From assembly GCA_977018835.1 (NCBI GenBank), contig OZ361260.1, forward strand, positions 1,116,001-1,180,000: DNA of 64,000 nt, given 5' to 3'. This DNA comes from Minutocellus sp. GHC0000111. Taxonomy: Eukaryota. Of this stretch, positions 25,401 through 38,132 are shown piece after piece (position 1 is the stretch's first letter; every line of letters begins with the position of its first letter). A program made the translations under genes and the position numbers. Under the pieces are notes generated by a model that had not been told where the DNA came from, searched no databases, and saw only the letters and a program-made list of their open reading frames with translations.

Positions 25401-26936
25401 AAGACTACCGCCTCGCCAATCATTCTGACGGGATACCAAGCGCTGAACAAGCTCATGGGATGCGACGTCTACTCCACCAACGATCAGCTAGGAGGTCCCG
25501 GTATCATGTACTCGAACGGTGTTTCTCACCTCGCCGAGCCCGACCATCTTCGTGCTGTGACCGCCGCCGTCGAGTGGCTTTCCTTTGTCCCCTCCACCCG
25601 AGGAGGTCTTCTCCCCATCACCGATATCCGCGGTGTCGACGAGATTGAACGGCCGATTGAGTTCTGTCCATCTCCCAACACCCCATACGACCCCCGTTAC
25701 CTTATCACCGGTTGCGAGGACGAGGATGGCAAGTGGCTCAGCGGCTTCTTCGACAAGGGCAGTTTCCAGGAAGCTCTGTCTGGTTGGGCCAAGACCGTTG
25801 TCACTGGCCGTGCTCGTCTCGGTGGCATCCCCATGGGTGTCATTGCCACAGAAAACCGTACTGCCGAGGCCATCAAGCCAGCAGACCCTGCTGATGTTAA
25901 GGCATCGGAAGCTGTCATCCAGCAGGCTGGATGTGTCTGGTTCCCCAACAGTGCCTACAAGACGGCCCAGGCCATCAACGATTTCAGAACGGAAGATCTG
26001 CCCCTCATCGTGTTTGCCAACTGGAGAGGATTCAGTGGTGGACAAAGAGATATGTTCGACGAGGTCCTCAAATATGGATCTCTCATCGTCGATGCCTTTG
26101 TCGCCTACGAGCAGCCCGTATTTGTGTTCATTCCGCCCTACGCCGAGATCCGTGGAGGCGCATGGGTCGTTCTGGATGCATCCATCAATGCGTCTGTGAT
26201 GGAGATGTATGCCTCCAAGGGAACGGCACGCGGCGGTGTCCTCGAGGCCAATGGTGCTGCGAGCGTCAAGTACCGAACGAAGGACCTCATCATCACCATG
26301 CACAGACTCGATGATAAGCTCAAGTCGTTGGGTGCACAGCTCAAGACGACCGAGGATGCCGGTGAGATCGCCAGTATCAAGGCCGCCATCTCGGACCGAG
26401 AGAAATCTCTTCTTCCCGTCTACGAGCAGATTGCCGTCCAATTCTGTGAGCTTCACGATACCCCGGGCCGCATGAAGGCCGTCGGTGTCATTGAAAAGGA
26501 TGTGGAGTGGAGAGATGCCCGCACATACTTCTTCTGGCGCCTTCGAAGAAAACTGGCAGAATTTGATCTTCGTAAGAAGATGATTGAAGCTGCCGAGGTC
26601 GGCCGTGGCGTCAAGGCTTTGTCTCCCCTCGAGGCCAGCGCAATGATGAAGAGTTGGTTCTTGGAAACTCCTGGTATGACCGATGCCATGTGGAGCGACG
26701 ATAAGGTCATGCTCCAATGGATGGCCGAGAGCAACCAAATGCTCGAAAACAGGGTCATTCAACTCACCAAGGACTGTGTTGTGCAGGAGGTCTACCAGGT
26801 CATGACCGCCGGCGGCAACACGGCCGTCGTCGGAACCTCGGGCATCGTTGAGGGCATCGCCCGGGCATGCCAGGCCATGACTCCCGAGGAGCAGGAGAAG
26901 TTCAAGGCCATGCTCAAGACCACGCTTCAGTTGTAG
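19484..26936 (+). CDS. ACC1: Homomeric acetyl-CoA carboxylase (BC-BCCP-CT), cytosolic type
   Basis: Exons 19484-19767, 19943-20603, 20718-22444, 22538-26936 with frame-consistent GT-AG junctions. [37 protein letters not shown], biotinylation site EVMKM, CT motifs NSGARIG and ANWRGFSGG. No plastid presequence. Confidence 0.98.
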
Positions 26937-27357
26937 ATTTGGATGGAAATGAAGCGAATTGAATTGTATCCTATAATAATTGGATGTGCTAGCAGAAAAG
27001 GCGTACAAATAATGTATCGACAAAATGCATAAACTATAATGATATTAGAAAGTAATTCTGATGATATATATTTGATATCAAATTAAATAGTCGAGCCGGC
27101 CACGTACCAATGGTACGCTATCTCTCTCTAGAATAATCAGACGATTTCTACATGTAGATATATTACTAGTAGACTCTCTAGATGCGGATTCTTCACATTT
27201 GATGTGACCATCCACAAGGGCCTACCCATTCTACATTTCCTGACTAGCTAGCTAAACTTCTTGCGTTCATGCCCAATCCACTGTATGTCGTACCGGTAGC
27301 TAGTCTAGATCTACATGTACGCAAAATCGCTCAATCCCAATCGCTCACTCATCGCCA

Positions 27358-27915
27358 CTACTTCACCTCAAGGGTGCATTCTTTGAATATCTTCCCATCG
27401 CATTCTATTACGCGCAGAGTTGTGATGCCGACGGAACCTGTACAGGAAAGAGAATTGTCGCCGTCATCGCGGAACTCGTACTCCCAGCTCCAAGACTTCC
27501 CACCATTGTCGTCGCGAGACACATAGACAATGTTAGCGCTATCATCATCATCTTCTTCTTCTTCCTCCTCATCTTCCTCACCATATTCGACGCATTTCGT
27601 ATCAAAAAGATATTGGCCTCTCAGGGCCTCAAACTTCTTCTCGGCCGCGGCAGTTGCTTTCTCGATGGTACCATACGCTTCGTCGGAGGTCCCAGATGCA
27701 TTCTGTTCCTGCTCCCTGTATGCATCCATTTGATCCTGATATTCCTCGCCATAGCAATCATCAAAGGCGTAGTCTGAAAAATCCTCAATGGTGATATCCA
27801 GCTTCCACCTCACAAGATAAACAACCTTTGGACGAAGCGCCTTGCCGTCCCCGTGATTACCGGCTGCCTTGCCATCTCCTGTCCTGGCGCGCTTGTTCTT
27901 GGAAACAGTACTCAC
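27358..27915 (-). CDS. Small acidic hypothetical protein (185 aa)
   Basis: ATG-initiated ORF with basic N-terminus (SKNKRAR) and acidic tracts, flanked by AT-rich intergenic DNA. Confidence 0.6.
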   Translation of the reverse strand: MSTVSKNKRARTGDGKAAGNHGDGKALRPKVVYLVRWKLDITIEDFSDYAFDDCYGEEYQDQMDAYREQEQNASGTSDEAYGTIEKATAAAEKKFEALRGQYLFDTKCVEYGEEDEEEEEEDDDDSANIVYVSRDDNGGKSWSWEYEFRDDGDNSLSCTGSVGITTLRVIECDGKIFKECTLEVK

Positions 27916-28412
27916 GTTCCTTTCGAGACCCCAACACCAAACAAATGAACCAACAAGAGCAAAAGAGCAAAACCAGGGCGAGCTTATCTGCGGTATGTAC
28001 GCCCCCTACTAGATAGCTAGAGCCAAGTCGATGATTGGATGGGGATTGGGCTGGGGTTCCGTCACGTTCGGCCCTGCAGCACTTTACCAAAAAAATCTTT
28101 CTTTCGTGGATGATCGGAAAAATTCCAGCACAAGCAAGTAGATTACAAGATGTGCCGGTTTTACCAAAATTGCCGCGGGATACCCACTGAATAAAGATGC
28201 AACAATGCAAGCCAACCCTTGATATCAGATACAATCAAGAGATACCGCACCGGAAAAGAGGGGCGTATCTTTTGAGGCACCTCATTTTTCTCGCATTTTT
28301 GGCGTGGCCGGCGCGATTTCTATATTTGGCGCCTGCGGGAAGAAACCAGCAAACCCATTTGAACCATAATCCCTCTGCCTTGACTGCTGGGGGAACAAGC
28401 CAAACGAGCACC

Positions 28413-31400
28413 ATGAGCAACAAGGGCGGCGGAGCCGCCTCTTTGAAGCAGGGCAACCTGTTCTCCTTCTTCGCCAAGAAGAAGCCCTCGGCGGCGGCTG
28501 CTGCCGGTGGCACAAGCGCAAGTAGTGCCGGAAATAATGATGCCGCCGCCGCCAAGAAGGAGGCAGCCGCCGCTTCCTCCGCCGGTCCGTCGGCATCATC
28601 CTCGTCATCCTCGTCGTCCTCCCCAACCAAGGTCAAGGGGAATGCAAACAACGATGCAATCGACAGCGCTAACAATAACAGCGATAATGGAGTGACGGCC
28701 TCCCGCTCGACGAATCCTCGCGGGGCCGTCTCCTCGAAGCAGGCGGCCCTCCTCGCCAAGGTCCACGTCGGCTGCACCGTCGCCGTCTACTGGCCCGACG
28801 ATGCCGAGTACTATCCCGCCAAGGTGCGTTGCGTTGGGCTGGGGAGGCAATGTTGGTAGTTATTTTTCGGCGCTTGCAGATGCCAGTTGGACGCAAGGGA
28901 TTTGCCGAAACAAGCGGGGCATTTACGTGCTTTCGGCACATTGCCATTCCATGACGTGCTGCTTTGTACTACTGGGCCAATGCAGTACAGCACTTCTTTA
29001 TTTTTGGAATGCGTTGCAATGTTGCAATGCTTTATATATACGATTCCCATTCATTATACTCAGCCTTATTTTGCATTTCCTCATCAAATATGTGCGTTGT
29101 TGTTGCAATGGATGCAATATTCCAATATATCAGGTCACCGCCAAGGGACGGAATTCCGATAGAATCTACACCCTCAAGTACGAGGACGGGGAGGTGGAGA
29201 CCATCGATCTGGCCACGGAGCGATTCCGCTTCCTGGGCGGGGCCAAGCGGTCGGCATCCAATGGCAATGGTACAGCAGCCAACGATCAGAGCAAGCGCCG
29301 TCGGATCAACGACGACGACGATTCCGACGAGGAGTTTGAGTTTGACGACGAGGTCAGCGACGACGATGACAAGGTTGGCAAAGCCTCCAAGGCCAACCGC
29401 CGACCGAGCATGAGCGATGGTTCCGAATTCCTGGCCTTTGAGAACGATGGAGAGATGGACGATGATGACTCGGAAGAAGAATTTGAGTTTGATGAAGAGG
29501 AGGACTTGGAGGGCAGCGAAGATGAGGAGGCTCTCATGGTCACCGGTGAGTTGTATCAAGCACATGTTGGAGGGGGATTGGGACCTCTTGGGTGGAGCGA
29601 ACACATATTGATATCATTTTTCGTCTTGAACTTTCTCTCACTTACGGCCTCACCTTCGTTCAACGAAAATCAGACGAAGACGAGGAGAACGCTGGATATG
29701 GAACAGCCAGCCGCAAGAAGAAGAATGAGAAGCCGACCGGTGGCGGTGCCAAAAAGAAGAAGACGGTCAAGGTCACCGTCGATAAGCGCAGCCGGGGTGG
29801 TGCTGGAAATCAGACTTTGACCCCACCCAATCGTGGTGGTACTGGTGCGGCAGCAAAGGCTGGTACCAACCGTTCGGCATCGGCCAGACCATCGTTCATC
29901 ACCCCGCCCAATGCCGGTGGTGCCTCTTCGACGGAGCCGAACGTATTTGCCGACTTTGCCGCCTTCCCTCCCGGTCAGGAGGACAATGCCATTGCCAAGA
30001 AGGCCGCATCGTCCATGTCGCCCAAGCGGATTAGTCAGCAATCGCAGTCTCAATCGCCCATGCCTGCCGGTAGCAGTTCTCAGGGCACCAATCCCAAAGA
30101 ATTCGTCAAGCCGCCCCTCCCCGTGGACAAGGAGGTCAACCCGGCCGGTACGCATTGGCACAATCATTTTAAGTTCCTCCACCCGGCGCATCGGCAGGAT
30201 GCCAATGGCAGGAAGATGGACGATCCCAACTACGACCCTCGTACTCTGCGGGTCAACGAGAGTGAAATGCTCAAGGTACTGGGCAAGTCCAACCTGTCCC
30301 CGGCCCAGAAGCAATGGTGGGACATCAAGAAACGATACGCTGATACGATTCTGCTCTTCAAGACAGGCAAGTTCTACGAGATCTTCCACATGGATGCCGA
30401 TCGGGCCGCCGAGGTGTTGGACTTTCAGTACATGAAGGGCACCGATGCGCATGTGGGCTTCCCCGAGATTAGCTACGGTCAATTCACCGACCGCCTCGTC
30501 CGGGCAGGATACAAAGTGGCGCGCGTGGAGCAGACCGAAACGCCCGATATGCTCAAGGAGCGCAAGGCCCGCACCCCGAGAGGTCAGAAGAAGCCTGCGG
30601 TGGTGAATCGTGAGGTCTGCTCTGTCACGACGGCTGGTACGAGGACCTTCTGCTACATGGACGATGATAGTGCACTGGCCATGGAGAGTGGAATGAGTGG
30701 CGGCTCATCGGGTGGCATCGGCCCTCTGATTGTCATCAAGGAAATAATGATCGAAGAGTCGAGCAATGGCAATGCCAATGTCAGCAACGGCGATGACGGC
30801 GACGACGAAGTCAAGCCGGTCTGTGAATATGGCGTTGCCATTGTAGATGCCGTTCGTGGTGCTGTGACCCTCGGACAATTTGCCGATGATGTTTTGAGAA
30901 GCCGCATGCTCACTCTGCTCACGAGCTTTGCCCCATCTGAGATTCTTGTCGAAGGTGGTACTGATGGTGCATCCGACACTCTTATGTCCCTGCTCAAGTT
31001 GGCTGCCTCAACGAGTCCAACTCCGATTGCCGTAGAGAAGATCAATCAACAGGAAGCAGCGCCAAAATCCGATGCTCTCGACCGCGATGCAAGAAGAGAT
31101 CTCGAGCGGCCATCGCCGACGCTGAGGCCTTGGGACGTCAACGAGACCCTTTCGGAACTCCATCGCAAGAATTATTATCCCCGAGCCTCTCGCAAGGAGA
31201 CCATCAAGTACAGTAGCGACGATCCCACAAAGGGAACTGCTCGTTGGCCCGATGTTCTCCGTTCCTGTGTCGAGGGTGGCGCCTCTCTGGCTCTCTCATC
31301 GTTTGGCGCTGCACTGTTCTATCTGCAGAGAAGCCTCATCGATGATGATATCCTCACCATGGGTATTGTCAAGGCGTACATTCCTCCGGCTACCAGCGGT

Positions 31401-33717
31401 GCCTCTGCCGACCAGAGCGATGCCGCTAAGCTTCTTCAGCAAATCTTTTCCGAGGAACAACAAAAGGAGAACGGCCTCGGTGCATCAAATGGAGGTCAGT
31501 CAACCACTGCCGACGCTGCTGCCAAAACCGTGGAATTTGCATCGCTTGCCCCGGATCAAGCAGATGCCATTGCAATGGAGGCGCAGATTAGCCATATGGC
31601 CCTCGATGGGACAACTCTTGCTAACTTGGAGATTCTTGCTAATTCTCATTCCAATACCGTCGCTGGAAGTCTCTGGTCAAAGATCAATTTCACCAAGAGC
31701 CCCCACGGAAGCCGTTTGCTTCGAGCCTGGCTGTTGCGTCCCATGTTCCGCAAGGGCGACATCGATAGACGCGCCGATGCAGTAGAGGAGCTTGTTTCCG
31801 GTGGCCCTGCCGCCGCCATGTCGGAGGCTCGAGCTGCCCTTGCCAAGGTCGGAGACATCGAGCGCCTTTTGAGCCGAGTTCATAGTATGGGAGGTGCTGG
31901 GTCTGGCGATAATACCACTGACTCCCATCCAAGCACTCGTGCTGTCCTTTATGAAGAGGCATCTTACACCAGACGCAAGGTTGGGGACTTTGCAAAGCTT
32001 CTTGGTGGGCTTCGTGCTGGTGAGTAAACAAGGCTTTGGTTATTTTATGTTATCTCTCCTTCGGCCTTTCCCCGTCTAATGCTTTTCTCAACCTTTTTCT
32101 GTCCCTCTTGCCATACTTTTCTTTTCAGCCTCATCGATTCCTGAGCTTTTTGAGGGCGTCACCATCGAGAGTGGAGTACTCGCCAAGCTCGTTCGAACAC
32201 AAGATGCCGGAGGATGCTTCCCCTCCGATCTTTCGGAACAATTGGACTGGTTCTTTGATAATTTCGATTGCAAGAAGGCCGCAGCTGGACAATTTGAGCC
32301 CGCTCGTGGAATGGACGACAACTACGATACCGCATGCGACGCCCTCGACCGCATCAAGCGAGAGCTCGAAGACTATAAGCACGAGATGTGCTCTGGACCT
32401 CTTCCGTCTTCCGCCAAACACTCCTGGAAGTATATCAATACCAAAGAAGCATCCAAGGACAAGTATCTCATAGAGCTGCCGGCAAGCATACCCGTCCCCA
32501 ACGACTTTTTCGTCAAGGGCAAGCGTGGCTCGGGAGCCAAACAGGTAAACAAGTATCGTAGTCCTGTCGTCGAGGGTCTCGTCCAAGAACTCGAACAGGC
32601 TTATGATGTAGTGAACGCCGGCAAGAAGCGCGGCATGGAAATTGTCTTTGCCAAATTCGACAGCATGCGGTCCATGTGGGCCACCGCGGCCTCCGCTACC
32701 GCCATGCTCGATGCTCTTGGTGCACTTGCAGAGGCTTCATCTCAGCCTGGATTCACACGTCCCAGCATCCTTGACTGTCCACCCGACGGCAAACCATCTG
32801 TCAACATTGTTCAAGGACGCCACCCGTGCGTCGAGATTACTCACAGCGGCGGAGATTTTGTGCCGAATGACATGTCACTCGGCGGAGCGACACCCACAGA
32901 TGATCCTTTTGCTACTAGCGATGGCAGCACCGTTGATGAATCCAGGGTCCTGCTTCTTTCTGGACCGAACATGGGAGGAAAATCTACGCTTCTCCGCCAA
33001 ACATGCCTCATCACCATCCTTGCGCAGATTGGTTGCTTTGTCCCAGCAGAAGAGTGCAGTCTCACCCCAGTAGATCGCATCTTCACCCGCCTTGGCGCCA
33101 GCGACCGCATCCTACTTGGTCAGTCCACCTTCTTTGTCGAGCTCGCCGAGACAGCTGCTGCTCTCCGTGGAGCTACTCGCAGATCAATCGTCATTATGGA
33201 TGAGCTTGGCAGAGGCACATCTACATTCGACGGTACTGCCATCGCAAGCGCCGCAGTGAAGCATCTTGTTGAACGTAACTGCTGCCTAGCACTATTTGCG
33301 ACGCATTATCACTCTCTTCTTGAAGACTGGAAGGACGAGCCCTCGGTCAGACTCGGCCACATGGAATGTGTTGTGGAGGGGGGTGATGACGATGGCAACG
33401 CCATGGACGTCGACGACGAGGGCGAAGAAGATGAATCGAAGAATGATCACAACATTACCTTCCTTTACACTCTTGGCGCTGGCACCTGCCCGAAAAGCTT
33501 CGGTATCAACGTGGCTCGTCTGGCCGCGCTACCGGAGGAAGTTCTCGCCAAGGCCAAGAAGGTATCGACAGATTTCGAAAACGAGATGAATGGACTTGCC
33601 AACCATGCCAAGGTCTCACCCGCATCGGCAGTTGACTTGCAACGCCGAATCCAGGAAGCAGTGGCTAGTGAAAACTGGGCCGAGGTCGAGAAACTCTGGA
33701 GCGAGCTTCAAAACTAA
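28413..33717 (+). CDS. MSH6: DNA mismatch repair protein MSH6 (MutS-alpha subunit)
   Basis: Exons 28413-28823, 29134-29545, 29674-32019, 32129-33717. PIP box QGNLFSFF, Tudor-like VAVYWPDDAEYYPAKV, mismatch-binding FKTGKFYE, Walker A GPNMGGKST, DELGRGTST, FATHYH. Confidence 0.97.
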
Positions 33718-33821
33718 ACCCGGCAACTGTTTCGCTTTCCTTTGTACGACGTAGTATTTACATTTTTAGATATGCTCATGAATTTCAACGCAAACAATAT
33801 TTCATGTATCTATTTAGTTAG

Positions 33822-35756
33822 TTATTCAATGGGCCGGGCCCCTATCACTTGGCCGAGGGCGTCATACTTGGCTAGAAAATCATAAACTTTATCCTTGGAG
33901 CAAAGGGCTTCAAGCGGTTCGCTCTCCGTCTTGCCGATGAGAAGGCCGTGGATCTCCATGCTACTTTCAAGTTTCAGACAATTCAGCTTCTCCATCACCT
34001 CATCGCTTACGGGTGGGTTCTGCAGCTCTCCATCAGAAACGAGAAGAATGTCGGCCGATTTCATGGCATCGGTTCCGAGCACATCCATCGCGAACCGAAG
34101 GGCGCCAGTGACGTCAGTACCGCCGGAGAAGCTGTGCTGAAGGAAGTTGAGAAGCTTTGCCAAACCACCCTTATCTGCAGCGAGGAGATCACACTCCAAC
34201 GTATTGCTCTCCGAGCTGAATGCCACCACGGTGCAATCTCTCTGTTGTTTGTGGGCAATCTTGACACACTTAAGCACCACTGCCTTGGATAAAATTTCTC
34301 GATCACCCGTCATTGAGAACGATGTGTCCAAACAGACAATAATTGGGCCACCTGGAGCCGACGGAAGACGCTTCATGTAGCTGCTCCGTCGTTTCTTCGG
34401 TCGGCTTGGAACATCGGCATAGCCCGAAATATCATATCCAAAAAGTTTGCCTTCCACCATTTTGGCTAAAAACAATCGGCGAAGGGCAGGCGATCCCTTG
34501 AGAAGCGCCGCCTCCGATGGTAGCATTTCCGTGAGACTGCTTGTTCTTGTTATTCCCCGGACTGAGTCGCGGCTGAACGGATCAATCTCTACGCCAAGCG
34601 CACTGCGAGATGATCGTACCTGAGGCGGAAAATTTTGTACTTCCTTTCCCTCTGCTGATGGTCGCTTGCCCAACGAGGATATTAAGTGTCGCAGTTCTGG
34701 CATCTTGGATAGGCGAACCTGCAGTGCGGGCATCACCTCCCATCCAGAGTGAGTCCAGATACCATCGTTTAGACCAAACCCAAATGGTGCGTTGGCAGTT
34801 GAGTCATCATCATCTTCAATATCATCATCTACATCGTCTTCCAGTATAAGGGCCGGATCCAAAAGCCCATGATCCAGGCCAAATAATTGATCAAGCGATG
34901 ACATGGCATTGACTATGCCTCCCCACTGCACCGCCAGTTCGTCCGCCAGATCTACCGCCATCGTTTCGATGCTATCGGAATTTTCCTGTTCATCTGTAAA
35001 GAATGGTGATTCCTCATCATCCTCACCGTCTTCATCTTCGGGAGTATCTGCCAATGAATCACTATTATCACCATCATCACTTGCACGTTCATAAAACTGT
35101 ATCACCATGCGCAGTATCGACAACAGAACCGCATTGGTCGTCTTGGGATGTCGCAGCACAAATCTGGGCAATTCCAACTCCGTCAACACATTGACAAGCT
35201 GTGTGTAGAGTGGTTCCTCTGGCCAAACTGCTATGTCGAATTCCTCCTCAGTTGGCAGGTGGCCCTTGCGCAGCACTTCTCCCCAAACGCGCAGACCGTG
35301 CAACGAATGTGTGATTTCGTCCAGACCAAATTTTAGTGGGTTGTCTCTAGCAGCGTTTAGCAATGCACTGGTGAGTATTGGATCGACCTGTTGGCTCATG
35401 CTTCCAATATGCAGTGAATCTGTTGCGGCATTTGTAGACGCGGAAGATGAGGTTGGGTCATCCGTCATCCGCAATGGCGATGACTGGCTGAAAAAGCAAG
35501 TGCTGCGCCTCGGACCACGAACCGTGGCTTGTGATCTTCCCAACAAAACTGCATGTTTGCACACTTGCCGGGATCTGCTATCAGTGGGAACAAAGCATGC
35601 AGCTCCCGACGTAGCATGAAATGATGTCTGTTTCCTCGCCGAGAATGCTGGGCAACAATGCGACAGCACGAGAAGTGAGCAGGTCAGCAGCCTGCTGCTG
35701 CTGGGTCTGAGGCTGGGCGCACACACAAACGTGGCATTGAAAGCATCATCGGTCAA
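33822..35756 (-). CDS. ViaA/YieM-like von Willebrand factor A domain protein, possibly organelle-targeted; start codon uncertain
   Basis: C-terminal VWA with MIDAS CLDTSFSM, GGTD, ILLVSDGE, preceded by ViaA-like GITRTSSLTEMLPSEAALL. The presequence-like N-terminus lacks an in-frame ATG until about 35467. Confidence 0.8.
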   Translation of the reverse strand: MTDDAFNATFVCAPSLRPSSSRLLTCSLLVLSHCCPAFSARKQTSFHATSGAACFVPTDSRSRQVCKHAVLLGRSQATVRGPRRSTCFFSQSSPLRMTDDPTSSSASTNAATDSLHIGSMSQQVDPILTSALLNAARDNPLKFGLDEITHSLHGLRVWGEVLRKGHLPTEEEFDIAVWPEEPLYTQLVNVLTELELPRFVLRHPKTTNAVLLSILRMVIQFYERASDDGDNSDSLADTPEDEDGEDDEESPFFTDEQENSDSIETMAVDLADELAVQWGGIVNAMSSLDQLFGLDHGLLDPALILEDDVDDDIEDDDDSTANAPFGFGLNDGIWTHSGWEVMPALQVRLSKMPELRHLISSLGKRPSAEGKEVQNFPPQVRSSRSALGVEIDPFSRDSVRGITRTSSLTEMLPSEAALLKGSPALRRLFLAKMVEGKLFGYDISGYADVPSRPKKRRSSYMKRLPSAPGGPIIVCLDTSFSMTGDREILSKAVVLKCVKIAHKQQRDCTVVAFSSESNTLECDLLAADKGGLAKLLNFLQHSFSGGTDVTGALRFAMDVLGTDAMKSADILLVSDGELQNPPVSDEVMEKLNCLKLESSMEIHGLLIGKTESEPLEALCSKDKVYDFLAKYDALGQVIGARPIE

Positions 35757-36608
35757 CGGCCTCCTCTGATCGCTTCGCCGCGCCCTTCTGCGCTTTCATA
35801 CGGCCGTGGCCATGGCCAAAACTGGCTGCTCATTCTTCTCATATTGTGTCGACGGGTTATGAGCACCATGAGAATCCAGAAATCGACAGATTCCAATTTG
35901 TAGGACAATTTTTCCACGTTAAAGTGAGATCTGCGACATTTTCAATACTCATTGTCTCTCTTTTTGCCAACAATTACAATGGCCCTCCGACAGCTGGAGC
36001 AGCAGCGCAAAATTGCCTCGCGTACGAGGTCGCGGACAGCAGTTTCAGGGACCCGGTTTTCGGGTCTTTGGGCAAAATCTCATAAAAATCAGCACAAACG
36101 CACGCAGCTTGCAGCATTTATTTGCTATCATCCTGTCTGTCTTCAAGATGGCGGTGACGGCAGTGCCGACGGCATCCGCTTCACGCAAGGGATAAGCGTG
36201 GTATCTCCAGAACGGGTTGGTCCTTGACCTTGGACCGACTCGGAGATATCGATTTCATCTTCCCATGCCAGCGTCTGGCCGATTCACCCCATCCATCGCC
36301 CCTCCCGACTTCTGCCAGTTTTTCCGATGACAACCGGTCACCTCCTCCACCTCCCGACCCCACCACCACCTCCCAAATGCATTGATTCAAGTAGCCATAT
36401 GGTTTGAGCTCCGATGTCGGTCTCCATGGTCCCCATAATGGCGTGTCTTATGCGGTCCGGGTGACCCCGCGCCAAAATCGAGCGGGCCAAAAAAATCATC
36501 ACCCGCCCGGCGCGCCCGCCACTCAATGAAACCTTCCTCATTTCCAACCCACCCGACATACAAACTGTTGCTCTACTGCCACAAAATACTGCATCCAACA
36601 CCATATTA

Positions 36609-38087
36609 ATGCAAATGGCTGTTACTACTGCTGCCACCGCAGCTGATGCGCCAGCATGTCGCCGCTCCCGTCGGTCCGGCAGCTCCATCCCATGCTTTGA
36701 TTATTTTGTCCATCGGAGCGGCACCATCGATGCCTCTACGATTCGTGGCAAGTCTCCTGGGATGATCCAGACCATAGCGAACCGGGCATGGGCGAGCCTC
36801 TCACTTCAGAAACAGCAGGATATTATGGAGCAAGCCCGAGAGGAGGAGCTGTGCTGTCCGAGCCAGACCGGTCCTGATCCGGCACAAGATGTGCCGATTT
36901 CTCAAATTCAAATTGCTCGGCGCAATTCGTCATCCAACAACGCCGATGCCAGCACTGAGCCGACGGTCGAGGACAATGCTGGTATCGCTGCTCGTCCTGG
37001 TGATGATAATATCGAAGCTGGGGCATCGCCGAGTCCATGGTGGTGGATGGAAGCGGCAACAGTGAAGAATCTGGCAATCCTGCCAGTGTCGGTGTTTCTG
37101 CTACCGGCACCGCCAATTCTGGTGGATCGACCCGACCGAGGAGAATTTGGATGTGCTGCTGGTTGAGGCCGAAGCGCAATACAAAGCTGCAGAGGAGGCT
37201 TTGAAAGGGCTAAGGGATACCTTGAAACGAGAAAAGCGGAAGGATGAAAAGGCCATGGCCGATGCCGAGAAGAAAAGGAACAAAATGAAGGAGGCGATGC
37301 GTCATTTGGAGCAGAGGGTACAAATGCGTGAACATCTTCGGTCGCACAGGATGCCGACGGATGCACCACCCGAACGCAAAAAAGCAATGAGAATGGAAGA
37401 TAACACGAAGCAGTAACACAGCCTGATGGTTCAACACGGTACCCAAATACCAACCCCGATGGGACACCAAAGGAACCTCTTCGCCGGAAAGGAGAGTCGT
37501 TTCTTGTTGATTGTTGCGTTACTGGATCGAACGAAGGCACCAAAAAGGATCCGAAATGCTCTTTGCTCCTCGTGTTCAAGGAGACTATTTTCCCAGCGAT
37601 TCTCAACCTTGTCGGTCAGGGCAAGCAATACGAAGATTGCCATGTTATTATCCAGGGCGACCAGGCCGGGCCTCACGAGGACGGAACCTTCACGCAATTT
37701 GTTACTAACTTCTGTGCTGAGCAAGGCTGGACGTGGCAGCCACAGGCACCGCAGATGCCTCACGCCAACGTCCTTGACTTGAGCGTGTTCCCCGCGATGA
37801 TCCGGCGGCACTCGGAATGGGCACGAAAAATGGTAGGCACCTCCGTCATTTCCACCGACCAGATCTGGGACACTGCCGAGGACGTTTACGATAGCATGCC
37901 TAACTGCAAAATTGCTTCGGCCTTCATTCAGTACTGGAGGATAATGGGCCTGGTGATTAAGGCCGGTGGTAGCAATGAGTTTGTTGGAAGGTTGGGTGAC
38001 GAAAACTTGCACACTGGAATTAGGATCGACTTCAACGAAACGGCCAAGGGGATGGAGCCCTCAGCTCGTCATCCTTCTAATAAATAG
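36609..38087 (+). pseudogene. Decayed mariner-type DDD transposase (frameshifted N-terminal region, internal deletion, open C-terminal catalytic fragment about 37404-38087)
   Basis: IIQGDQAGPH...QAPQMPHANVLDLSVF corresponds to the mariner QxDNAxPH...QPPNSPDxNxLDLxxF motifs, with 38 residues between the last two Asp. First catalytic Asp and HTH region not found. Confidence 0.8.
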
Positions 38088-38132
38088 ATAGTATTAATAT
38101 CTTTACACATGTATTAAATAAATGTTACACGT

